A DNA stretch of 63,350 bases, counting the filler, from Chiloscyllium plagiosum (taxonomy: Eukaryota), in the NCBI RefSeq assembly GCF_004010195.1. It is 3 parts of one record of this genome, joined end to end, with 100 filler letters (N's around TTAATTAATTAA, not from the genome) between each part and the next. Parts side by side here need not be neighbours in the genome. Positions count along the whole stretch, not along the records: positions 30,103 to 55,667 come from NC_057715.1; positions 55,768 to 63,350 come from NC_057715.1; 1 more part is not named here. The stretch is one strand, 5' to 3'. Positions 53,226 through 63,350 of this stretch are shown here, in pieces. The notes beneath the pieces were generated by a model, which was given only the letters and a program-made list of their open reading frames with translations, made no database searches and was not told where the DNA came from. Each line of letters opens with the position of its first letter. Position 1 is the stretch's first letter. Both the position numbers and the translations under genes were made by a program.

Positions 53226-53502
53226 CTTACAAAAATGCAGATAAATTTAATATTATTAAAAGAGCATTGGCCATGATCTTCAAGATATATTTGTCAAATC
53301 TTAGTTTGAGCCCAACCATAAGTTAATAATGTAGATTGCATCAACACATGTTAAGACATTATTGTAAAATGATATAGAACTCTACCTGGTTTCTCCCTCA
53401 TCAACCCCAGACCCAACTAAAAAATGTTAATTTGTTTCAAAGATGTTATAATCTGCATCTCATGAAGATGAAACTGTAATTTGATATTTTAGTGCTGATT
53501 CT

Positions 53503-53615
53503 GTCAGTTGTGGCTTAATTGATAGTACTCTCAACTCTGATCAAAAGATTGTGAGTTCAAGTCCCATTCCAGGACTTGATCACAAAAGTCAAAGTTGACA
53601 TCTAGAGCTGAGATG
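53503..53615 (+). mobile_element. Old tRNA-derived SINE head (SacSINE1/Deu-SINE-like)
   Basis: GTGGCTTAATTGATAGTACTCTC...GTGAGTTCAAGTCCCATTCCAGGACTTGA has A/B-box-like motifs. Confidence 0.5.
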
Positions 53616-53639
53616 ATTGACCTCCAACGACAACTGAAT

Positions 53640-53721
53640 TGTGGAGCTAAGAAAAGCACAGCCAAGTCAAGCAGCATCAGAGGAGCAGGGGAGTCGACGT
53701 TTTGGGTCTGGATTCTTCATC
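53640..53721 (-). mobile_element. Degenerate PLE pseudo-LTR module
   Basis: GATGA-...-CCC-AAAA-CGTC followed by the shared ctgctcc...gatgctgc body. Confidence 0.55.
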
Positions 53722-54276
53722 TTTGTATTACGAAGGCACACAATCTGACGTTTCAAAAAATATAGGAAAATTTCATGGGCTACTTTTCATAAATAACGAG
53801 TTAGTGAAACCCATAAGCAGGGAAGAGAACAGAAGTGTTTCTCAGGTACAGCAATAGGGTGATAAACATGCAATTGATATTGGAGGAGAAATTTGTACAC
53901 AGTATTATTTCAAGCACGTTTCTTTAATTATGTCATCAGCGAAATCCACATGAGTTATGAAGATAGCAGCCCCTGAAGGAACCTCTTCCCTTGGAATTTC
54001 AGATAGAATTCTATTTTATTACTTATTACTTTTCATATTGAAATTGTGAATTTATTTACTATTTTGAGCAAATAAACTTATCCTGTGTTTCATAATAATT
54101 GGGCCTGTGAAGTTTTTCTTGTCGAGTTTATTTGTAATTATAAAATACATGTAACTGTCTAATATAATTATGTCAACAGAATAAGAAATGCACACTTCAA
54201 ATTTTAGAAAGACTGGTATCATAGTTCTGCACTTATTAGTGCAAAGTTTGAAAGTCTTATATAATTGAAGAGGGGT

Positions 54277-54365
54277 TCTAATGAAGAGTCTGACCAGACT
54301 TGAAATGCTATCTCCATTTCTCTCTCCACAGACACACCCAGACCTCTTGAATTTCCCTAGGATTC
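54277..54365 (+). mobile_element. Older PLE-type pseudo-LTR with hammerhead-like core
   Basis: CTAATGA-A-GAGTC-tgacca-GACTT-GAAA, followed by ...CTCTCTCCACAGAC. Confidence 0.45.
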
Positions 54366-54472
54366 TCATTCATTTTAAACAACCTGCTTGGACATACCAT
54401 AACATGGCATATTCATGGCATGTGGGTTGAACCTGGACATTTTAGCCCAGAGATAGGGGCACTACTACTATA

Positions 54473-54594
54473 GGAGAAAGTGAGGTCTGCAGACGCTGGA
54501 GATCAAAGCTGAAACTTTATTGCTGGAACAGCACAGCAGGTCAGGCAGCATCTAGGGAACTGACCTGCTGTGCTGTTGCAGCAATAAAGTTTCA
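54473..54594. mobile_element. Fold-back PLE pseudo-LTR mini-insertion
   Basis: 37-bp inverted arms (54508-54544, 54560-54596; 1 mismatch) and the 14-bp direct repeat GCACTACTACTATA (54459-54472, 54595-54608). Confidence 0.8.
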
Positions 54595-54623
54595 GCACTA
54601 CTACTATACCACAATCTCACAGA

Positions 54624-54945
54624 GAAAGCGGTGGCTTAGTAGTAACATCACTGAACTAGTAATCCAGAATCCCAGGTTAATGTTCAGAAGACATGGTTTT
54701 GAATCCACCTTGGCAGATGATAGAATTTGATTGAGTAAAAAGTTGGCTTAATGGTGGCCATGTAACCATCATCAATTGTTTTTAAGACTTATCAAATTCA
54801 ATGTCCTTTCCTAAAATCTGCCATTTTTACATCGTCTGGCTGACATCTGATTCTAGACCGTAGTAGTGAGGGTGATCATTGACTACCCTCCGGACAATAA
54901 ATGCTGGCCTTAATTATTAAGGTCATAACATCCCATGAACAAATA
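54624..54945 (+). mobile_element. tRNA-headed shark SINE
   Basis: Same family as 42030-42380. Confidence 0.6.
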
Positions 54946-55112
54946 AAATAGCACAAAAACAATGCCACATGGAAAAGCTTCAGTAAGGTAACAGGCAGCA
55001 AATTGTCAATAATACAAATTATGCAGTAGCCAAGAGTTACATTACTCAAACAGTTTATATCAGCTGATTGTAAAGATTAGGTAGAGTTTAATTTGCTTAA
55101 CATTACTTGTCT

Positions 55113-55667
55113 GGGGGATCCAAGATGGCGGTGACCCAGCAAGACTGAGTCTATAGTGCTCCTCCCAAGACTTGGGTACAGTAGGTCACCCACCCCCTAC
55201 CACGCTCACCAAATCATTTATAATAGTTGTGTAATTTAATTAGTTGTGTAATATTACATTTAAACAATTTAATCCTAAGTAAAAATGACTAAAGGGAAGG
55301 GAGCCCACAGCTCTCAGCAAGCAGGAACCCCTCCCCCACCTTCTCCAGCGGCAGCAGAGGCGTCCACAGCCGCCCCGGGGGACTTGCCTACAGTGACAAG
55401 CCTTGCAGAAATGATTTCCAAGCTGGATTCGAAGATCGATGCCTTTATTGCAGAATCCAGAAATTGTTGGGACTCGCTCTCGGCCGCGCTAAGAGATTCA
55501 AGAAATTGAACGCTGAGTCGGAGGGGCGGAGTTAAAGGCCGCGACCTCCGAAAATACCGCTCAATCGGCCGTGGATCAGGTCCGGACTCTCGAGCAGCGA
55601 GTCCGGACCTTGGAAAATCATATTGACGACCTCGATAATCGAGGTCGACGAAAAAATATTCGTTTGC
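55113..55667 (+). mobile_element. L1-clade LINE copy 3: 5' UTR and ORF1 start, cut by the gap
   Basis: GGGGGATCCAAGATGGCGG start. ORF1 MTKGKGAHSSQQAG... and ...HIDDLDNRGRRKNIRL. CpGs are retained. Confidence 0.85.
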
Positions 55668-55767
55668 NNNNNNNNNNNNNNNNNNNNNNNNNNNNNNNNN
55701 NNNNNNNNNNNTTAATTAATTAANNNNNNNNNNNNNNNNNNNNNNNNNNNNNNNNNNNNNNNNNNNN
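55668..55767. other. Assembly gap linker N44-TTAATTAATTAA-N44
   Basis: Same 100-nt layout as 30003-30102. Flanks are unrelated (L1 ORF1 on +, Rex1 RT on -). Confidence 0.97.
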
Positions 55768-56215
55768 GGCGGTAGTCATTGAGACATGCTGCATTAGCCT
55801 TCTTCGGCACAGGGATGATGTGCCGAAACAGGCAGGGACAGTGGCCTACTGCAGGGAGAGGTTGAAGATGTCCAAGAAGACCTCTGCCAGTTGATCTGTG
55901 CATGCTCTGAGTGCACGGACCGGTACTCCGTCTGGTCCCATTGCTTTCATTGGATTCACACGAAGGAAAACTGATCTGACCTCTGATGCAGTGACTATTG
56001 GGATAGGTTTGTCAGGACTTGTTGGAATAGGTGTTACCTCTCTGCCGAAATTCTGCTCAAAGCGATCATAGAGTTGAGACAATCAGGGAGGGATATGTCA
56101 TCGTCTGCTATCTTGCACTCTCTTTTTAGAACCTGTGATGTCATTCAATCCTTGCCATAGTCACCGAGTGTCTGTCTGGGTCTCTAGTTTAGATCGGTAT
56201 TGGTCGTTGGCCAAG
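55768..56215 (-). mobile_element. Rex1/Babar-clade LINE RT fragment
   Basis: KAMGPDGVPVRALRACTDQLAEVFLDIFNLSLQ...IIPVPKKANAACLNDYR. Confidence 0.85.
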
Positions 56216-56359
56216 ATTTATAAGAAGTGATGCTCATGGAAGTTATTAGGCGTTGATGTGATAACATCTGATGGGACTGGGAGAAGTACTGCATTGGAAC
56301 CCCATTATGGTTCACCATTCAAATAAACTCATACACATCTTCAAACTCAGCAACCTGTT

Positions 56360-56815
56360 TGTGGCCTCTTATCATTTCTTTTCATTCCCTTAGTGTCCAA
56401 ACTCTGTTGATATACTTTATTGAACATACTCAATAGCTGAGCATCCACAGTTCTCTGGTGAAAAGAATTCTAAATAATTCATGTCTTTTGAATAAAGAAA
56501 TTTATCTTTATCTCAGTCCTAAGTGGCTAACCCCTTATTCTGAGACTGTGACCATTTTTGAATCCTTAGGCATAAGAAAATAGCATCTAACATGTCAGAT
56601 GAATTACATATCTTTCAATATGATCACCTTTCATCTTCCTGAACTTTAGTGAATATAGATTTAGTCCAATCAATCCTTCCACATTCGTGAAACCACCACA
56701 TCCCAGGATCAGCTTAGTGAATCTCTGTTGCAACCTCTCTCTTGAAGGCAAGCATAGCCTTCCTTTAAGGATGCCAAAAATGTACATAGCAGAGGAGATT
56801 ACCAGATGTGGCACA
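56360..56815 (-). mobile_element. Old CR1 3' fragment
   Basis: LQQRFTKLILG...LYSLKFRKMKGDHIE. Confidence 0.6.
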
Positions 56816-56974
56816 TTTAGTTAGGTAGAGTGAAAAAGTAAAAAAAAAAATCATCATAGAAGGGAGCTGATTTAGCATGCCCACTCACTTTTCTTGACTA
56901 GTTTAGACCATGAAGTAATTTCTGCACTGTATCTAGGTATAGTGCTTCCATTGCTCATCTCCTTAATCAAATTA

Positions 56975-57560
56975 AAATGCAGGCACAGCAACTGATTAGG
57001 AAGGCAAATAAAATGTTGCTGTTTCTGGCAAGGGAATTAAAGATAAAAGTGGGAAGTTTTTCTACAATTGTAATGGGCATTGGTGGATCATATTTGGAGT
57101 ACTGCATACAATTTTAGTTCCTAACTTAAGAAAGGGTATAATATCATGAGGAATAGTTTCACTCAACTGATTTCTGAGATGAGAGAGATATCTTATGAGT
57201 TTAGAAGAATGGTGGGTAAGATCCTGAAGGGATCAAGAAAAAGGATGAATGTTGAGAAAACATTCCCATGCGACTGATACTAGAACTAGGGGACACAGTT
57301 TAAAAATAAACATCTCCCACTGAGACATCAATGAGGAGACATTTTTCTCAGGTGGCCTTTGGTCTGTGAAACTCTCTTCCCCATAAGTTGTTGAGACTGG
57401 GACCTTGAATATTTTATGGCTAAGTTAGATGAATTCCTGTCACAATACAAATGGAAGGGCATAGGGTAGCTCAGAAAGTAGAGTTGAGGCAACAATCTGA
57501 TCAGCCATGATCTTATCACTTTTTGGAACAAGTTGAGGGGCCACATAGCCTACTCCTGCA
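56975..57560 (+). mobile_element. Old CR1 3' fragment
   Basis: KANKMLLFLARG...HLEYCIQF and a CR1-like 3' UTR. Confidence 0.6.
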
Positions 57561-60500
57561 CCTGCACCTGATCCTAATTTGTATGTTTGTATGTACGTTC
57601 ATCAATGTTTTCTTGGTGGCAATAACAGGCTTCTCTTCAATTTGGTAGTCCTTCCCATGAGAGGGATAAGTGGAGAGAAATTTGCATCCTATTATAAAGT
57701 GACATCTGATCTTACTGCAATGGTACCTAATTGGTGACTGACATTTTCTACTGTAATTAGAGCCCTAATTGAGGAAGCCCAGAAAAAGTTGCCAGCCATT
57801 CAGGTTGGCAGATACAACTCCCTGCAGCACTATGGAGGAAGCCAGGGCTACTTCTGCTACAACATCCCCCAGGTCTCCCACAGGAATGATCTCGGGGCAT
57901 GAGGGGTGTCACACCTCTGCCTCATGTCCAGACCCTCAATCATGCACAGGTTAGGATAAATGTTGATTGAGAGATACCAACCTCGTCCATTTCTTCCACC
58001 TCCATCAACAAGAGAGTTAGCAGAATACTTTTCTTCTCCCGCTGGAGCTGAAGTAGTTGGAGCCCAGATGAGAGTAGGCGCTTAAGTGGCCATTTATTGC
58101 CTACTGAAGGATGTCAGGTGTGGCAGGCGCGAAAGCCAAACCAGGACATTCCAGAATTTAAATTTGATAGAGGTAGGGAATTGGTAGCATTCTGGTTTCC
58201 ATTCTGCCTTCAGGCCTATCATCTCTGTGACTGGAAGATTTCACCCACTGTCTTTGCTGCTCTTGCCTACAGCCAGCAATAATACCAGGGAAAAATTATG
58301 AAATGTTTTTAAAAAGTATAATTCATATTGGGTGCACATTACCGCTCAAAATCAGAATTTAAAATTCACTGCCTCATTCATGCTACAATTGCAGAAATTT
58401 TTTTTTAAAACTTTACTATAAAATTGGTCTGTTAATAATGACACCTTGTGTTTAGTAATGGTTAGGCATTTTAAGATTGGATATCAAGCTTATTTACAAA
58501 GGCTTATAAAATGTATTCTTGTCTGATAATACTGCATTTCTCAGATTTTAATTTGAACAAACACTGAGGCATGCAGTCTTTTTCCTGATCAGACAAAAAC
58601 CTGTTCTTTTTAATCTCAGCATGAGGTATTCTGAACTTATTTGCAGCATGTAAACAAAATCCATGACAAATGTCCTTCATAAAACACTATTGCCCTCTTG
58701 GTTATGATAAAAGGCAGCATCATTAAGCTAATTATCCTCACAATCATGAGATTTGTTTCCTGAGAATTACTTTATCTTTGTGGTACCTGGTACTTGCTCC
58801 TTCATTTACTATTATTTGGTAGCACTGGACACATGAAACTATCAGTGAATAATCCTGAAGAGGCTAGCATTGACTTCATTTTTCAATTTTAGTTGATCCA
58901 TGACATCAAACTCAGGACATCAGTTTCTGATGTTAAATCTTGTATTTCATATTTTAGGTAAATGGACTTGTAATAAAATATTAAATTGAAATTATCTGAA
59001 AACAGAGATGGCACAGCAGCATTTGAGAAGAGGTGACTCACTTTACAAATAAGTTAATGCTTGTTAGCACTTTTAAAAAGTACTCTGAGGTGAGGTTGTA
59101 AGTAACTTTTTCCCACCTGCATCAAAACAGAAATGGACACACTATGAATACTGGCTGAATTGTGGCCACCAGCCCAGAAATTGGAACAGGTGACTTTCAT
59201 TCTCAGTAACCTGAAGTTCCCATAATTTTCACTAAATCTCCATATATATTTGTTCTGTCAAACAAATATGAATGCAGTCTACATGGTCTATACCTGCAGA
59301 AATCCAGCAATGATAGAGAATCCCACTGTCTGGATGCCTGACTCTTCTTGTTTCTTTTTGTTCATTCTTGAAATGTGGGCTTTGGTGGCTGGGCCAAAAT
59401 TTAATGCCCATTCCTAACTACACTTCAGAAGATAGTCTTCAGTTGCCTTCTTGAACTTAAGGATTTTGACTAAATATGTGTTATGTTTCCAAGTTAGGAT
59501 GGTGTGCAGCTTGCAGGGGAACTATTAAGTGCTGGTGTTCCCATGTATCTGCTGCCCTGGTCTTTTTGATGGAAGTGGTTGTGGGTTTGGATGCTGCTAT
59601 CTAAGGAGCTTTGGTGAATTTCAGCAGTGCAACTTGTATTTTGTACACCCTGTAACTACTGAGCTTCTGTGGTGGAGTACATGAATGTTTGGAAGTGGTG
59701 TTTTATTAAATAGGTGCTTTGTCCTGAATGGTATCAAGATCCTTGAGTGTTGTTGGCAGCACTTAGCAAGGCAAGTGAGCAGTAAAACGAAGTTTTACTT
59801 CAAGCCTGCTTTGACAATTACTAGTAAATAGATAACATACAGTAGTTATACAGTAACTTCTAAGACACTGCATTGGCATGGATGATTTGACTGTTGGGCA
59901 AATCGTGTGCCAGCAACGGAATATAGGCAGGTCTCAGAATGGGAGCTTGGGAGGGAAGTAACTGGTGAGGGCAAAGTGAGTCCGCAGAACCAACAATCAA
60001 GGGGGAGAGAAGGTGGGCAATCGCTATATGAGGATGTGGATGATGAAACGAGGTAGAAGTGAACGGAAGTGGGTGAGTGACTGTGATCATGAGAGTGGGT
60101 TATCTGGAAGAGGGGTGAAATTGACAATAGATGGATCTTTCAAACCAAGAAGCAGCTTAAGTGTAAACTTGGCAGGCTCACTAAATCAGGCCTTGAGGAG
60201 GATACATTTCTCGCAAGGCTTTTCCAGATTCATGCTGAAACCAGGAATAATTTAATTTTCATTGGACAACTTGTACATTGACACTAAGCATTCACTTCCA
60301 CACAAACTGTTTAGGTCAGTGTAGCCTAGAAGTCATAAAAAAGACCAAGTTCTTCAACCAACTACTGCAATAAAGTATTTTTCTGTGTAGTTTTGCATGT
60401 AAAATATATTGCTCTACTATTGCTTAAGTTTACAATTATTGAAAAAATCTTAACAAAAAAGTATTTTATCAAAGTTAGTGAGCAAGGAAGAAGCTAATTA

Positions 60501-61789
60501 GGATTGGTGGTTTAGGTCTTGACAGACTTCTGAGCTTTTGTAGAGTAACCAACAAAGCACATTACAGTACAAGGTCATAGCGTCCTTCCTTTCTGAGCAA
60601 CAGACCAAAAGATATTAGTTGCATTAATCATAAGCGCTTAAAAAGCACAGTGAAGACCTACTTAGTCATATGCCAAGAATATCAGAATCATTTTAGAAAC
60701 ACAGCAAAATCACATGTTTAATAAACATTTAAATTGCATCCTTCCAAACTATTTTCTAAAGTACTAATCTCTGGTTTTATAAAGAAATCTAGTAAAATAT
60801 GCAGTAGTTTGATGATCTTTGTAGCAGTTTTTAACTGTCATATTTGTTCCAATTTTTTAATGCCATTGCCAAGTTAAAATCTCTCTAATCAATAGAGTAT
60901 ATATGTTTGAATGTTAAATCTAGTGAATTGGATCACTCATTTTATTGTATAACTGGCCTAATTTCATCCTGTTTTGATCTATGCAGTATAAACTCAGTGG
61001 TGTTCTGCTTCATGAAATTGCAGTCAGAGCAGTGAATTTGAATTTAAACAAAATTGTTTAATCACAAAGCAATGGACAGATTAAACAGACTGATGCAGCT
61101 CTGTTTGATGATGACTCAGACTTTACAATGGAGTGACAATTTTGTCATTGATATGAAATTGCAAGTTGAAGTGCAGTCCACTCTGACAGACCTGGAAACC
61201 CATGGTCTATGAAAACAATCCAAGATGTCACTTTGAAAAGTGCCAGATTATATGCTTGTGTTCTTAGTTTGGTCTGAATCTTCTGATTCAGAAATAAGAG
61301 TGCTCTGAGTTGAAGTTGATAGTTTAAACATCAATCATTAATTTATTTCCAAATTTCTCACTTCCCCATCTTTCAAGAAGGACATATGCAACAGAATCAC
61401 AATACCTAGACCATGTGAGGATGTCATGTTTGGTGCCTCCAACCAAATATATACACAGTAGTCCAGATTTTTGTAGAGTTGTGGCGACTCTGTCGATGTT
61501 TCAAATGGTGGGAAGAACTTGACCCAGAAATCCCGCTATTTCTGACGGATTCTATTTCTGGCAGTAAGGGAAAGTGCAAGTGGTGTGACATGTAAATGAG
61601 GAAAATTCAAAGTTATCAGGGCCATTTCAACTCAGAGCTGAATTTAAATTAAAAATAGGCTACCTAAAGTGCAGTGGTGCTACTGCAATCACTGTGACGT
61701 ACTAATTAAAGAATGCTGTTCGTCTGGCTGCAATTCACAGTTAGTCCGGAAATCAGCATTCTTCAGAGCATCCAATTCTATTATGATAA

Positions 61790-62125
61790 ATCATTGTTTC
61801 ATTGGATGTGGGCATGCTGACAAAGCCAGCATTTGTTGCCCATCATTACCCTTGTACTGCCATTTCAAACGGCAGTTAAGAGCCAGCTACATTACTATAG
61901 ATATAGCATCACATGTAGTCCAGATCAGGTAAGGATGGCAGATTTATCTCTTAAAGGAATGTTGGTGAGTCTTTAAAACAATTGAAACACCAGCTTTATA
62001 TTCTAGATTCATTAATTTAAATTTCAGCAGTTTCCATGTTGGGATTTGAACCAGTTACCTAAAGAATTTGTCTGAGACTATAGATCACCAGTCCCAGTGG
62101 CATAACCACTATGCCATCTCCTCCC
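61790..62125 (-). mobile_element. tRNA-headed shark SINE (diverged)
   Basis: Same family as 42030-42380. Confidence 0.55.
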
Positions 62126-62689
62126 CTAAATGTACTTAGGGAGTAATCTTTAGGTGTAAATTGTGCCCACTGCCCCTTGTAGTCTTTAAGAACAACAAGA
62201 CAATACAAAAAGGCACTCTCAGCCACAATCTCTTCCTAATTGCCCAAGGCACACAATCACAAGAATTGCAAACCAATACATTGCGACTTTCATATCCTTG
62301 ACTATATCAGGAGTTTTACTAGGATACGAAGATAGACAGGGGTTTTTGCTGTGGTGAATTGAAGGATGTTCTCTTAGAAGCTGCCGAATGCCAAGGGAGC
62401 ATGGAAACTTTATGGGCCAAATTGCATGGGTGAGGATAAATTACTGTGAACTCTTCATCAGTGCATTGGTTGACTTTTTGAAGGGATAGGAATGTTCCAA
62501 CATAGTAAAGAATAAATGAGCTGCATGCAGCTGCTCTTCTGGTGCTGCTTCTAATCTGAAGTAAAGTGGGTAGAAGGTGACACACAAAACATTTTCTCTC
62601 GGCCCAACAGAATACCAGATGCCACTGGATGCTACACAGCATTCAGAATGAGAAATAGCAGGAAAACATCCAGCAAAGAGGTTGGGAGT

Positions 62690-63100
62690 TCTGGCACAGA
62701 ACTGTACCTACAAATTTCAGTGCAGTTGTTTGCAAATGACTGAGGCCCAGTGCAGAAGAAGATGGACAATGTCCTGAATCATCATGTCACATTTATACCA
62801 GCTGCTCATTGAGGAGCTACACTCGTGAGGAAGCAGTCACCATCCCATCCTAATTGTCCTCAAAGATACAACTGTTCTTAAATTTTGTCAAGCTGTTCTT
62901 TTCAGGGAATATGTAGGTCGTCTGCAGCATTTTGCTGTTCTCCATTTGGACATGTATCCACCATGTCATGGATGCAACATTTGCCAGAATCCACCAGTTC
63001 TTCTATTTCCCCTTTAAGCTGCCAGTTAGCCAACAACGACATCAGAATTCTCATCCATTGCTGGTTTCTTGCAGTTGCAATTTGCAATTAATTTTATCCA
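62690..63100 (+). mobile_element. Decayed PIF/Harbinger transposase, N-terminal part
   Basis: LQMTEAQCRRRW...LYQLLIEEL...HHPILIVLKDTTVL...SFQG...WTCIHHVMDATFARIHQFFYFP matches the Harbinger/HARBI1-type N-terminal pattern. Frameshifted. Confidence 0.6.
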
Positions 63101-63163
63101 CATAGCTTTGGAAGTTCCCTTTCACCAATCAGAATGTTTATTAACAGAAAAAGATTCCACTTA

Positions 63164-63350
63164 GACTCATAGAGTCATAGAGATGTACAGCATGGAAACA
63201 GATCCTTTGGTCCAACCCGTCCATGCCGACCAGATATCCCAACCCAATCTAGTCCCACCTGCCAGCACCCGGCCCATATCCCTCCAAACCCTTCCTATTC
63301 ATATACCCATCCAAATGCCTCTTAAATGTTGCAATTGTACCAGCCTCCAC
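63164..63350 (-). mobile_element. Young CR1 3' end (runs off the window)
   Basis: (GACTCTAT)-type tail. Near-identical to 46885-47085. Confidence 0.88.

Noticed and set aside
57597..57697. AG/GT-bounded minus-strand segment as an upstream CCDC83 exon
   Set aside because: The only open frame (CKFLSTYPSHGKDYQIEEKPVIATKKTLMN) does not match the expected CCDC83 sequence, and it lies beyond an assembly gap.

Overview
Repeat-rich, mostly intronic vertebrate DNA from an elasmobranch. HE1/V-SINEs, HER1-type CR1 LINEs and shark Penelope-like elements point to a shark; a bamboo/carpet shark is a guess. The window is three contigs joined by two artificial 100-nt linkers (N44-TTAATTAATTAA-N44 at 30003-30102 and 55668-55767). 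Host genes, both on the minus strand: four consecutive coding exons of CCDC83 (53225-53057, 41743-41576, 35099-35008, 30743-30675) and, across the first gap, exons 2-3 of TMEM135 (25624-25497, 23285-23193). The rest is nested transposable elements: two full-length decayed L1-clade LINEs plus the 5' end of a third, many CR1 copies, Rex1/Babar fragments, SINEs, Tc1/mariner-Tigger MITEs, PIF/Harbinger relics, Ty3/Gypsy gag-protease relics and Penelope-like elements (PLEs). The most notable signals are (i) a family of short PLE pseudo-LTR modules carrying a minimal hammerhead-ribozyme core, several inserted as ~110-135 nt units with 12-14 bp target-site duplications, (ii) a phase-compatible CCDC83/TMEM135 juxtaposition across a gap, and (iii) a palindrome-associated micro-inversion that flips the ORF1 start of an L1. 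All assignments come from reading the sequence and recalled protein motifs; no searches were run.
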